From NCBI GenBank assembly GCA_002811645.1, contig PDIP01000002.1, forward strand, positions 184,062 to 248,061: a stretch of 64,000 nt of DNA, in the 5' to 3' direction. This stretch comes from Corallochytrium limacisporum Hawaii. Lineage: Eukaryota; Protista; Pluriformea. A model generated the notes under the pieces. It ran no database searches and was not told where the DNA came from. It saw only the letters and a program-made list of their open reading frames with translations. Positions 35,101-47,297 of the stretch are shown here, one piece after another (position 1 is the first letter of the stretch; every line of letters starts with the position of its first letter). The position numbers were made by a program, and so were the translations under genes.

Positions 35101-35759
35101 GCCAATGATGGATAGGGCAAGCGCCGGAGAGCCCTGATGAGAGAGCAAGAACGAGCGGAGCAGCTAAAAAAGTGTGTGTGCGTATTGTGGCGCCCAACGA
35201 ACGAGGTTCGTTTGCCGTATTCTTCAGACGCAAACGAGGAAGGGCAGCCAAGAATGCGAGACCCACGCAAGATGACGTTTGGGAACCTCCGTATTTATGC
35301 CTTCCTCTTTGAACGTTCGATCTTGTATCCATAGCTATTTTCATTTCGCCTACAACTAAACCCATACGACGTAAGTAACCTTTGACGCATCAACCATCAC
35401 CAGCCCCTCTCCTCAACAACTGCGAGACTCCCTCTGTCGTGCATATATATATACTCTCGTCCTACTTTTTTTTTTCATACCGTTGTTGACCACGATAAGC
35501 CATGATCTGGTTCCTGCTTGATGATGAATTCCGTCGATGTCCTCCGTCTGCATTCTTCCCACCTCATGCTTTTGCGTATGAGTCTTTGTTCTCTTCTTAC
35601 TTGTATCGTACTTGCCGCATTCTTTCACGCACAGTCACTCCTGTTTGGGATCCGGGACAGCAGCAGCCAACAGCGCGGCCCAAAGTTAGAGAGAAAGACT
35701 GAGAGAGCGCGATGCGCGAGGACACACAGCGCATCGGAACTTGAAGTGTGTCTCTACTA

Positions 35760-38078
35760 AAACCCCCCCACCTCTGGGGGTGTCTCTCTCCCACAGTGCG
35801 CGCGGGGTAAGCCGGGGAAGGGGAGGGGGTTGGGCGCAGGATTTTGTTCCCCGGGGACCCCCGCCGGCGAGGGTACCGCCTTGGTAGTTTTTTTCAAGGG
35901 GCCGGGGAGCGAAAAAAGAGGCCCCCAACCGTACCGGGCAAACCCTTTCCAACCAATCAACGTCCGTTCTCAGTCGATATCCGCCACTGAGGGTCTCGAA
36001 TGAGGCCCGGGGATATAACGAGCGTTGATTGGTGGAAAAGCGAAAACAAAACCCGGGGAGAGGGTGGAATGGCCCACAGAGAGAGAGTGAGAGAGAGAGA
36101 GAGGCGCAGGCACAAAGAGTCAAAGACGGAAAAGAAAAAAAAAGAGAGAGAAAAACAAGGGGGGGGGAGAAATAGAGAGAGAGTGTGTGTGTCAGGAGAG
36201 AGCGAAAGGTGCCAACAGAAAATTAGTTTTACAAAAAAAAAATTGAAAATGCTTCTCCGGGTGAGTGGGGGGGGGAGAGAGGAGCGCCGGCAGAGGAGGC
36301 AACCACCAATTCACATCGCTTTGCCCACTTTGCCAAATATCATTAGAATATATCAATATATTTCTATACTGAATCATAGATCAGTAGATGCGGGCAGGTA
36401 CGAGCACTGCGACAGCCAGCCCCCCCCCCNNNNNNNNNNNNNNNNNNNNNNNNNNNNNNNNNNNNNNNNNNNNNNNNNNNNNNNNNNNNNNNNNNNNNNN
36501 NNNNNNNNNNNNNNNNNNNNNNNNNNNNNNNNNNNNNNNNNNNNNNNNNNNNNNNNNNNNNNNNNNNNNNNNNNNNNNNNNNNNNNNNNNNNNNNNNNNN
36601 NNNNNNNNNCCGCCCCTTCCCCTCGCCGCCCGTGCCCAGCAATTTTCGAGCAAAAGGCGTCGAGGGAGACGGAGACAGACCGGCGGCCACCCCGCCGGCC
36701 AGAGAGAGAGAGACGCGCGATTTTTGAGGCAAAAAAAAAGGCCAGCCAGCCTTCCTTTTCCCTCCTTGCCTTCGACTGGCCCCATTTTTTTTTTGGGCGG
36801 GAGGGTGGCTTGCTAAGCGGGGAGCGCGCCGACACACTCTCCCCCACCCACCCAAAAAAACCCTTTCCTTGCGCTCGGTCGGAGATTATGGAAAGTTTTC
36901 TATTTTTTTTTATATGTGAAATGTACTGAATTTTCTCGAGCGGTTTCCCGGCACGGCTTAACCAAGGGAAAAGGAAGGAAGGGGGCGTGATGGCCTCACC
37001 TGCAAAATATATAAAAAAGGGGAAGCTAGGCAGTTAAAAAAAGAGAGACAGAGAGAGAGACCCGCGGTTGGTGGTGGAAGGCTGAACAATTTTGCCTCTG
37101 TTTGCCAAACGCCCCTCCTCAATCTACGATAATCGTACGGCCATCACAAATTCATCTCTCCAACCAGATACATTAATTGCTATATATTTAGTATAGAAAA
37201 TAGAAGAGTAGGTGCTACAGGGCGATGACAGGTAAAAGAGACGCGGAATAGAATTTTGCCCCCCTTTTTTCAATTTTTCTTTTTTTTTTTGAGGTGCGTA
37301 CCGGGCAATTTGTGGCGGGAAAAAAAGAAAGGACGGAAGGGAGAGCCAAACGAAGGAAAACGAAGGAGAGCGAGAGAGAGAGAGAGAGTTCTTCCCTTTT
37401 TTTTGTGCTTTCTTTCTTGCTTGGGGCTTTACGCAGACGAGCCCCCCTTCCCTTCTTCCAATTTGCCCGCGCACGGCGAGAAATAGATTCACGTTCTCTA
37501 TACTCAATCTACTCCATTTACGGCAGAAGAGAGAACATTTGAGAATCTCTCTTTTCCGTGCCCGTCCGATCGGGCTTTATCTTTTTTCTTTGTGTGTGTG
37601 GCAACCGAGAACGCACACCAAAACAGAGAGTCACAACAAACAAACAAAAGAGGGAAAAAGTAAGGAACAATAGAGAAAAACAATGAGAAAAACACCGGGA
37701 GATGACTTTTCCGGTACGTAAAGACAGAGAGAGAGAGGGGGAGAGAGAGTGTGTGTGTGTTTTGCTTACGGTCCGACTCTCCTTTTTTTTTTCAGAATTT
37801 TCCTCTTTGTCCTTTCTTTTTCTTTGGTTGCCTCGGGCTTCCCCTGGGGCAATATTTTTTCCCTGGTTATTTTGCTGGGTGTACCCGTCCGAACGCGAGA
37901 CGCAGATATCGACAGTGGCAAGGAAGGACCGTGGTTGGTTGGTTTCCCGGGATCTTTTTGATCGATAGAGACCGAACCTCCCCCCCTCCTTCTCCGCCAC
38001 CCCTCCCTTCCCTTCCCCGGCCCGGGGACTGGATCAGCGCGCACGGGCGGGTTTTTTGTTTTGTCGCTGTTTTCATTT

Positions 38079-38117
<39 letters not shown>

Positions 38118-38291
38118 TTTCCGTTTTTTTTTCTTTTTTTCTTTGGCTCCCCTTGGGCGATGAAATGCCTCAGTATAAAATGTGAGTGTCTCCCTCTCTC
38201 TTTTTTTCCACAAAGAAACGCCCCAATTCTCTGGGTTCTCGGCGCTTGAATGGCAGCGAAGCAGCGAGCAGCACAGGAGAGACAAAGACAG

Positions 38292-38323
<32 letters not shown>

Positions 38324-39470
38324 AGGGCCTCCGCCCGTAAGGACCCCGGGGTGGTTGCCTGGCGGGAGGTAGGGAAGGGCAGGGAAGGGCGGAGCGATGA
38401 AATGTTCGTGCGCGCCGGCGCCCCGGGGCAAGAAGAGCAGCGCAGAGAGAGAGAGAGAATTTTGCGGGAGGGAGGGAGGGCGTCAGAAGCGGTCGAGGCT
38501 ATTTCTTTTCTTTGTTTTATGCCCCGATGCCGGGTTCGGCGTTTTTGGCCGCAATTTCCAAATTCGAGAAAAGAAAGAATAATAAAAAGTAGTACTTTCT
38601 CTCCATTCTTTTTCCATTTCTTAGCTATTAATTTCTCCTAGTTTATATTTGGGAAAGGAGGAGGAGGAAGAAAGCGGGGGGGGAGGGGAGGGGAGAGCAA
38701 GGAAGCTCGAAAGAGCTGAGAAGGTGCGGTGCGGGTGCGCGACCAATCAATGGCTGTGGCTGGTGCTGTTGCTGGTGCTGGTGGTGCTGCTGCTGTGTTA
38801 TTTTTCTATTCTTTTTAATTCGTGTTCCGTGGGTCGTGGACAAAAGAAAAGGTGGGCGCCGTGCAGTGGTGGCGGTGTTTCTCTTATTTTTTTTTTAAAA
38901 GACAGTGCACTGGTTGCCCCTCATAACCGAAAAAAAATCAACGAAAACTTGGTATAATTGGCCCATGTCAAAAGAACAAAAAAAAAGAACTGGGCTTTTG
39001 TGAAGGGCGGTGCGGTTAGAGATTTCTCTCTCTAATCTACACGTAACCGCGGACCCTTCTCTCTATTTTAGAAGAGGTTAAGGGCGTTTGGTGTGCCGAT
39101 GACAGCGGTGCCTCGTTCTCTCTGCTTTTCTTTTTTTCTTTTGTTTCTTTCTTTTATTTTCTCGTTCATTTCTCTTTACTTTTCTTGTTTCGGAAACGCT
39201 TGCTTTGCCGCCGCGTTGTTCGCATTTTTGGTAACGGTCAACGCACACCCACCCACAAGAAAAAAAGAAAAAAAGAAAGAAAGAAAGAAAAAAAAAAGGA
39301 AGGGAGAGAGCCACGACGGGGTGTTTTGCACCAACGCTTAAATCCTAAAACGGGGGAGTCAAGGACCAACCAACCAAGCACACACCGCACACCACACACA
39401 CACACACACACACACTCACTCACACACACACACCGCGACACCGGGAAACAATGTGATTCCGGTGCGTGTG
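35760..39470. promoter_or_regulatory. Long low-complexity upstream region of RAP1: (GA)n, (CA)n, poly-A/T/G/C blocks alternating with ApT clusters
   Basis: No credible ORF; microsatellites e.g. (TC)n 38083-38114, (GA)n 38289-38312, (CA)n 39393-39432; N-gap 36430-36609. Confidence 0.55.
35945..36040. repeat. Imperfect inverted repeat carrying two opposed CCAAT boxes
   Basis: Left arm CTTTCCAACCAATCAACGTCCGTT (35945-35968); right arm AACGAGCGTTGATTGGTGGAAAAG (36017-36040); inner ATATCC/GGATAT pair. Confidence 0.7.
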
Positions 39471-39870
39471 AGAACCCAATGTGTTGAGTGTCGTGGGGTT
39501 TCTACTTTTGGGCAGTTTTGTCAGGATCAAGTTCTGGGAAAAAGGTACGAAATGGACAAAGGGTAAGGATCTTCTTCAATCAGAACACCAGCTGAGTTCC
39601 GATGAGTGACAACCTGCGGGACACATAAGTCGTCATCTTTTGTAACTGGTACAAAAGCAAAAAGAACCATCAGCGGGTCTTTAGTGCACGTCACCAACAG
39701 TGTGATCTGAAAGAGTTTGGTTTGGGTTAAAGTTTTACAGCTTGATCCAGACTTTTATCCTTGGTGTGACCAGTCAGCTTTGTTGCTATTGTTCACCCAA
39801 ACGCCTGTTTTGTTAACATATTCATACCCGGTCAATTTTTTTTGTTTCGGTTAAAGTTTTAATCAGTTAA

Positions 39871-40434
<564 letters not shown>

Positions 40435-40870
40435 AGAAAGTGCTAACGGACTAAAAACCAACAGAAAGGAAGAAGCAAACTTGGAACTCCAACAGTTGTA
40501 CGCTGAAGGACAGAGGAATGAGTGTGCCGAGTATCAAGTGCGAATTGCCATTATGTGTAACTACTCTGAGCCTTCAAGACGCTTGTGTTTTCTTGCAGGG
40601 CGAAAATCCCGAAACCCGAAAAACCTTAAAACAATGGTTAACTAACCACCATCAAAAACCATCAACCAAGGACTTTTTGACGGTAACGTGTTCCTTTGGA
40701 TGCATGGCTTCTTATCATGTCGAAGAGACTTGACAGGAATGTTACAAGTGCTCATCATGCTCTCCGTTTCTTTTCCATCCAGGTCATTCTCTATAAAACA
40801 AGATAACACTAGAACCATCATGACGATAATTACTGTAGGGCAACAACTGGACTGGATGGCTGTCACCCAT

Positions 40871-41489
40871 CGGTAAGGTGTCCACGGACGACCAGCCACA
40901 GCAGAGACCCCTCCTGTTGACAACCCGGTGTCAGACTTTGCCCTGTTTCACTTGTGACTTGACCTCCATTTTGCTTCAGACCTGCCCGACACAACCTCAC
41001 TTGCCTCTCTTCACCGGTCAAAAACCCCGGGGGCCGCCGCTCTCGTTCCCGCTCAACTTCCCTCGGGGGTTGGGGCCGAAAAGCCAGACCAGCCGCTCCG
41101 CTCCTCCGTCTTTTGTGCGGGCCAGCCGCGCCAGCTTTTGGGGGAGCGCTGGGGGGACCCGGTCTTGGGCTTTGCCGGCCGCTCAGTGTTTGGACGGGAG
41201 CGGGAAGCTAGGGCGGCGGTCCCCCCCCCNNNNNNNNNNNNNNNNNNNNNNNNNNNNNNNNNNNNNNNNNNNNNNNNNNNNNNNNNNNNNNNNNNNNNNN
41301 NNNNNNNNNNNNNNNNNNNNNNNNNNNNNNNNNNNNNNNNNNNNNNNNNNNNNNNNNNNNNNNNNNNNNNNNNNNNNNNNNNNNNNNNNNNNNNNNNNNN
41401 NNNNNNNNNNNNNNNNNNNNNNNNNNNNNNNNNNNNNNNNNNNNNNNNNNNCTTCCCTCCCCTCCCCAGGCCCTGGTGCAGTCGATTGG
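40871..41489. promoter_or_regulatory. ApT-free island upstream of VPS34 (spans N-gap 41230-41451), ending in a CCAAT box
   Basis: One ApT in 40871-41229, none in 40970-41229; ATTGG at 41485. Confidence 0.55.
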
Positions 41490-41826
41490 CCCTCTGCGGC
41501 TCCCGGGCCTTAGTGGGTAAAGGTGATCTCCAGTTCGGCTTATTAGCCCTTGAATTTGAATACACAACCCAAAGCGTACTAACGGATCAAGCAGAAATTA
41601 GACTGCAAAGTTATATCAGATGTGCTGATTGTTTATAATTGTATGTGTGTGTGTACGCACATGGATGAAGTACAAACCCAAAGAGCAAGGACAGTGAACC
41701 ATCGGCGAATTCACTTCAGTTAGTCAAACAAACCACTGTACGGACATGCCGAAGCGGAGGACACAGTCATGTGAGAACGCACAGTACTGAATCTCGTAAG
41801 CGAACAGTTATTGTAATTTAAACACA

Positions 41827-44800
41827 ATGCCCGGTACGGGTATTGATGGAAGGCTAAACTCGCCGGCATTGAGCCAACTGCCGTCTCGGTACCGCAGCCG
41901 GGAGGTCCTAGAAGAATTCTACGGCGCGGACGTTTGGGATGACATTAGTGTTCCAGGTACTTCGTCCACCTTGCATGACCCTTCAGGCGCGGTCACATCG
42001 TCCACAACTACCGCAGGAGGGATGGCAGCCGCGGCGACCACCGATCTTGCGGTGTCGGTTGCGGCACGAATGTTGGCTTCCACACCCACGGGCAGCCCGT
42101 ACCACCGCAGAACCGGGAGCAGATCCGGCATAAAGCGAGACACGGGAGCGAGAGGCAGCGGTTCAAATGGTAATAACGACGACGACTTCGTCGAAGTGGC
42201 GGGCTCAAGCAGGTTTACGGCACCCCGACGCCTGTACACCTACGTACCGAGCTGCGACTTTGACTATCCTGTGCAGGTTACGCTTCAAGGACTGACGGGA
42301 GACGTGGACTCAATCCTGCTTGATCCAGTGTTGAATGAAGATATAGAAACCTGGGAACTCGACCGGAGCCTGATCCAGAGTCGGAGAGCGACGAAGAACG
42401 TGCTGCTGAGCGGCAACACCAGCGGGAATGGAGCAGATGCTTCTGGGTCTGGAGCGGATCACCACCTTTCACTTGGTTCCGGGATGGACCATCATCAGCT
42501 CGCTGGGTCAGGGTCGATATCACCATCACGCCCGGCCATGCACACAGATGGGGCGGGAACTGCGGCTTCACTCCCCGCGGATCTTTCTCTCCAGCCAGAC
42601 CTTTGCATCGAAGTGCGGTTGATGAGCCTCAAGTACGTGATCGCCAACATTGAAGGGGGAACGGCCACCGACCTCTGTCCTGCCGTCCAGAGTCGGTACC
42701 ATACATTCACGCGCAGCTACCATTTTAACGAAGTCATGAAATTCCCAGTAACGTATGCGGACCTGCCGCGAGATGTCATGCTGGTGGTGACAGCATACTA
42801 TCCGAATCACGTCAGGGCCAAGGTGAATGACCGCGGCGGTACTGTCACCGGAGACGACAGACAGACCGGCTCCCGTCCTGATCGACCTCTTGGTGGTACG
42901 TACATTTCTCTCTTCACAAAGAGTGGTAAACTGCGAAAGAACCGACAGAAAATGCACATGACGGTGGGTTACACGGGCGAAGAGGTGCTGAGGCAGGTCA
43001 TTGAGAGGGCCAAACAGGACGCTGCAGCGGCTGTTGCAACAGCAAACACTGCATCAAATACAGCGACGGCGTCGACATCAGTAGGCAGAAAAGCTACAGA
43101 AGTCAGCACGGAACTCACGGCAGCGATGAAAGAAAGCGGCAATGGTGGTGCAGGTCTAATTTTTCCGTTGACAGCCCCCCCAGCGGCTCCAAAATGGGCG
43201 GTTGCCACCGGTGGCACGACCTCCGCAAACGCCCCAATTAAGTCACCGCGCGAGGCGCCGTCGTCGCCGTCGACTGCTAGAGCCAAACGGCCCATGGCTG
43301 CGGCCTCGAACAGTACCACAGCTTCGATCTCACAGCCCCGACCGCAGAAAATGCGCGAAATGGATCGCCTGGAGAAATTGATTGCGCGCCATGATCGCGG
43401 TGCCATCCCCCAAATCGAATGGCTCGACAACATTACCTGGCGTGTGATTGAACAGATTAACCGGCGCGAACTGGAAGGCCAGCGAGACATAGTCGTATGG
43501 TTCGAATTCCCTGCGTTTGACCACCCTGTGATCTACCACGAAGAGGATCCGATTGCCGACTTAGCTCTGCTGGAAGCCTTGTCGGAGGCGCCATCGACTA
43601 CTGCGCTGCTCTACCAGCGCTCACGAAAAGTGAGCCATACGACGGGGATGACCGTGGCCGGCGGAAGCAGTAGCGACCTTCACGCTGCTGGCAACAACGC
43701 AGCCGTTGCAGGCGCCCTGCCGCTTACTCCACAGGCCCTCCGCAAGGGCACTGGTGTCAATCGCCATCTCACGGGCGGTCTCTCTGCGCATGCAGCGAAC
43801 GGAGGCACAAGAGTTGGTGGTGGAGGAGGTCTCGTCACTTCGTTACGAACGCCTCCGTCATACACGCCGCCCACGAATGCTGGTACTGGAGCGGCTGCAG
43901 CAGCCACGGCAGTGGGCCCGGAGCAGCCGGGCACTTCCTCGCAGGTTGAGGTTGGGGCGTTGACCTCGACGTTCATTCCGCCCGCAGCCACTGCTCTGCT
44001 TAGGCAAAGCCATCACTCCTCCGCTGGAGGTCGCATGCAGCTGCCACCCGGCGCCGGAGGAGGCGCACACAGCCGCGCAGGATCCAGCGGGGGCCGAAAT
44101 TCGCCGGCTCCGGGCGGTACGCAGACACCACTACGTAGCTCCGCATCAACAACCGCCGTGGGCGATACCCCGGGAACGATGACGGTACCCACAGACCAAG
44201 TGGGAGATCACGATCTCGCCGGGGACCTGGCTATGTCCATGTCGGAGCAGTTGAACCTCAACCCTTCTGCGCGGTCGAAGGCCGCAGCAGCGTCTGCATC
44301 AGGTGCGTCCAGCCTGGGAACCATTCTCCCGGGCGTCACGCCACAAATTTGGGTCCATACGTTGGACCCAGAGCTGTCTGCGGGCGCTGTGAATTTGGTT
44401 GAATTGAAGCATCGTCGGCTCCTCCGTAGCCATCGCCGTAGTCCCATGGATCGGAGTCTGCGCCCTGACATTGCGCAGCGTAACTTGCTGACAAATATTG
44501 TCCGCAAGCCACCCAGTGCCTCCCTCAGCCGGGATGACACAGACTTGCTGTGGAAGTTCCGATTTTACCTGACCAGTGACAAGAAGGCCCTGACCAAGTT
44601 TCTGCGGGCGGTCGACTGGCAGGATCCCCGTGAGGCTTCGGAGGCTGTCAATTTGCTCAAGGAATGGGAACCGATTGACATTGAGGACAGCCTGGAACTG
44701 CTGAACGCGAGCTTTGTGAACACTGCTGTGCGAGAATACGCGGTGAGCCGTCTGAAGCATGCACCTAACCATGAACTGCTGCTTTATTTGCTGCAATTAG

Positions 44801-46386
44801 TGCAGGCCCTACGCTATGAACGTATTGCGCACAAGGGTGACATCACGCAGAGCCCACTGGCACGCTTTCTTATCAAACGTGCCGTTGAGGATGTCGAATT
44901 AGGCAACTTCCTACATTGGTACATCTACGTCGAGGAGAAGGGCAACCAGCGCACACTGTATGCGGCTGTCTACAAGAAATTCCGCAGCGAGCTTGGCGCG
45001 ACCGAGACCGGTCGTGAGCTCAGGGACGCCCTGGTCCGGCAGGGTGCCATGATCCGACGGGTGCAGAATCTGTCTCTCGAACTGAAGAATCTCCGCGAGG
45101 ACCGCAAGCGCAGGATTACGATCCTGCGGGAACTGTTGCGTACTACGGAAGGACTGAATACGTTCGACTGTCCAATTCCTTTGCCGCTAGATCCCAAGGT
45201 AATGGTCGAAGGCATTAGGGCGGATGATGCATTCATTTTCAAATCGAAGTTGGGCCCCTTGCGTCTGACCTTCAGGCGTCACGCCACGGGACGTCCCGGA
45301 GAGGCCAGGCTTCCCTACCGAGTTATCTACAAGAACGGCGACGACCTGCGCCAGGACCAACTTGTCGTACAGATGACCACACTCATGGACCGTCTGATGA
45401 AGAAGGAGAACCTCGACCTGCGCATCACGCCATACACCGTATTGGCCACAGATGCGGACTCCGGCTTCGTGCAATTTGTAGATTCGGAGGCTGTCAGTGC
45501 GGTGCTTAAGGACTTTGGGTCGATCGATGCCTACCTCCGTGCTCTAACCGTCCAGCGCCAACAGCAGCGCAGCCGCCAGCGCACTGTGTCTTCGTCGGCC
45601 GGCAAACGCAGTGGTGAGCAACATGATGCCCTGGCCGCTGCTGCCGCTGTCGCCGCGCGTCGGGATGCCGACGAGGCTACGACCACAGACGAAGCCAGCG
45701 CAAGTGCCATGGCAGTAGGTGAACACATGGAAGGCAGTGTTAGAACTGACTCTGCCGCCAAGCGTAAGAGCGGCGACCGAGACGTGGACGATGATGACGA
45801 CGATGGAGACGAACTGAAGGAGCCGACCTCACCGCTGCAACCGTCGCCGCCGGCAACAGTGCTTAGCGACGACGTGGAGATTGATCCTGATATTCTAGAC
45901 TCTTACGTGCGCAGTGTGGCAGGGTATTCGATCATCACGTACATTCTGGGCATCGGTGACAGACACATGGACAACATCATGCTCACGGACCAGGGTACCA
46001 TTTTTCATATTGACTTTGGCTACATTCTTGGCCGTGACCCGAAACCCTTCCCTGCGGCCATGAAACTTAGCTCTGAAATGCTGGAACCGATCCGTGGGGA
46101 TGACTTTGTCAAGTTCTTACGCTACTGTTTCAGTGCCTTCTTGCTCCTCAGGCGCAGTGCGCATCTAATTCTGAATTTGTTTGGACTTATGCTGGATGCC
46201 AAGATTCCGGATATCGCCCTCGAACCCGATAAAGCGGTCAACAAGATCCAAGAGAAGTTCTTCCTCGAACTAAACGATGAGGACGCGGTACGTCAACTGA
46301 AGGGAATCATTGACGCCAGTTCGAGTGCCATCTTCCCACAGATCGACGACCTCATCCATCGTATCGCACAGAGTTTACGACGGTAA
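41827..46386 (+). CDS. VPS34: Class III phosphatidylinositol 3-kinase Vps34 with large low-complexity insertions
   Basis: 1519 aa; C2 domain (FNEVMKFPVTYADLPRD), EMDRLEKL..WLD, helical domain (LLWKFRFYL..KALTKFL), kinase KNGDDLRQDQL, ILGIGDRHMDN, HIDFGYILGRDPKP. Confidence 0.96.
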   Translation: MPGTGIDGRLNSPALSQLPSRYRSREVLEEFYGADVWDDISVPGTSSTLHDPSGAVTSSTTTAGGMAAAATTDLAVSVAARMLASTPTGSPYHRRTGSRSGIKRDTGARGSGSNGNNDDDFVEVAGSSRFTAPRRLYTYVPSCDFDYPVQVTLQGLTGDVDSILLDPVLNEDIETWELDRSLIQSRRATKNVLLSGNTSGNGADASGSGADHHLSLGSGMDHHQLAGSGSISPSRPAMHTDGAGTAASLPADLSLQPDLCIEVRLMSLKYVIANIEGGTATDLCPAVQSRYHTFTRSYHFNEVMKFPVTYADLPRDVMLVVTAYYPNHVRAKVNDRGGTVTGDDRQTGSRPDRPLGGTYISLFTKSGKLRKNRQKMHMTVGYTGEEVLRQVIERAKQDAAAAVATANTASNTATASTSVGRKATEVSTELTAAMKESGNGGAGLIFPLTAPPAAPKWAVATGGTTSANAPIKSPREAPSSPSTARAKRPMAAASNSTTASISQPRPQKMREMDRLEKLIARHDRGAIPQIEWLDNITWRVIEQINRRELEGQRDIVVWFEFPAFDHPVIYHEEDPIADLALLEALSEAPSTTALLYQRSRKVSHTTGMTVAGGSSSDLHAAGNNAAVAGALPLTPQALRKGTGVNRHLTGGLSAHAANGGTRVGGGGGLVTSLRTPPSYTPPTNAGTGAAAAATAVGPEQPGTSSQVEVGALTSTFIPPAATALLRQSHHSSAGGRMQLPPGAGGGAHSRAGSSGGRNSPAPGGTQTPLRSSASTTAVGDTPGTMTVPTDQVGDHDLAGDLAMSMSEQLNLNPSARSKAAAASASGASSLGTILPGVTPQIWVHTLDPELSAGAVNLVELKHRRLLRSHRRSPMDRSLRPDIAQRNLLTNIVRKPPSASLSRDDTDLLWKFRFYLTSDKKALTKFLRAVDWQDPREASEAVNLLKEWEPIDIEDSLELLNASFVNTAVREYAVSRLKHAPNHELLLYLLQLVQALRYERIAHKGDITQSPLARFLIKRAVEDVELGNFLHWYIYVEEKGNQRTLYAAVYKKFRSELGATETGRELRDALVRQGAMIRRVQNLSLELKNLREDRKRRITILRELLRTTEGLNTFDCPIPLPLDPKVMVEGIRADDAFIFKSKLGPLRLTFRRHATGRPGEARLPYRVIYKNGDDLRQDQLVVQMTTLMDRLMKKENLDLRITPYTVLATDADSGFVQFVDSEAVSAVLKDFGSIDAYLRALTVQRQQQRSRQRTVSSSAGKRSGEQHDALAAAAAVAARRDADEATTTDEASASAMAVGEHMEGSVRTDSAAKRKSGDRDVDDDDDDGDELKEPTSPLQPSPPATVLSDDVEIDPDILDSYVRSVAGYSIITYILGIGDRHMDNIMLTDQGTIFHIDFGYILGRDPKPFPAAMKLSSEMLEPIRGDDFVKFLRYCFSAFLLLRRSAHLILNLFGLMLDAKIPDIALEPDKAVNKIQEKFFLELNDEDAVRQLKGIIDASSSAIFPQIDDLIHRIAQSLRR

Positions 46387-46630
46387 AACAATATATCCAT
46401 CTGACCATGTGTGGGGTAAGCGCACTCACTCCTTTCACTCCGTCTGTCCCATTAAGAGCGTTTGTGAATGTTTCTGTGTGTCCCCGAACACAAGAAAACG
46501 ACCACATTTCTCGGTCTCTTCTTTCCCCAATGGTGTCGTCAGGTGCACCTTATTTCCTCTCGAAACTCCGAAGTTTCTAGATGGCGATGAAAATCAAAGT
46601 CGACGCGAGCAACACCAGGAAGGCCCCCAT

Positions 46631-46740
46631 TCACCTGCCTGTCCCGCTTCCCTGGTGCTAACACCACGACCGGCCTCTCACACCGCCCACTCCCCCCCCC
46701 CCCCCTGCTTCTGTGTGCCCCCTCGCGTGGTTCGTTGAGG
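46631..46740. promoter_or_regulatory. ApT-free poly-C island upstream of MMAA
   Basis: 110 bp without ApT; long C run. Confidence 0.5.
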
Positions 46741-47297
46741 ATAACCGAACCGACACGAATACGTCCTGGCCACCGTCTTTCAGGCCCAACAACAAACTCT
46801 AAACCGGGGTGTTCCCATCCGAACCGGGTCCGGGCGGTGCGTGTCACTGGTGCCGGTCGAACGGATAGGCACACACTGATGCTGGGATGCATATCATGAA
46901 ACATGCGTTTCCATGTACATACTTGTTTCTACGGTTTTGGTCTTTGTTGGAGAAACCATTTCGCACCATAGTATGTTTCCAAGCTTATTGCACAAGTGAC
47001 TTGAGTGGAATGGATAAAGATCGGGCAAAAGGTAGTTAAACCTTGACTCTTCCACCGTGGGAAGTACCAGGGATACGCTTACCAAACGAAGAGGAACAGA
47101 TCCCTGGAGCCTGGCTTTCTTACGAACATTGGACATACACTGATTAGTGGCAAGAACTCGACAGGGCCTAGTAATAAATGTGTCAAGCATAGGGGACCCA
47201 AAAGTACTAGTGGCATAGGCGACCAACACGGTAAGCTTGACACGTAAGGGCTCCGTTTCGAAAGGACGCCAAGACAGACTACGGATCAAATTAAACG

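Noticed and set aside
36000-39487. Many ORFs rich in RE, SL, F or K repeats, or spanning N runs
   Set aside because: Translations of microsatellites and gaps; low ApT/TpA content reduces stop frequency and inflates ORF length (the same applies at 7566-8233, 40878-41638 and 51286-53107)
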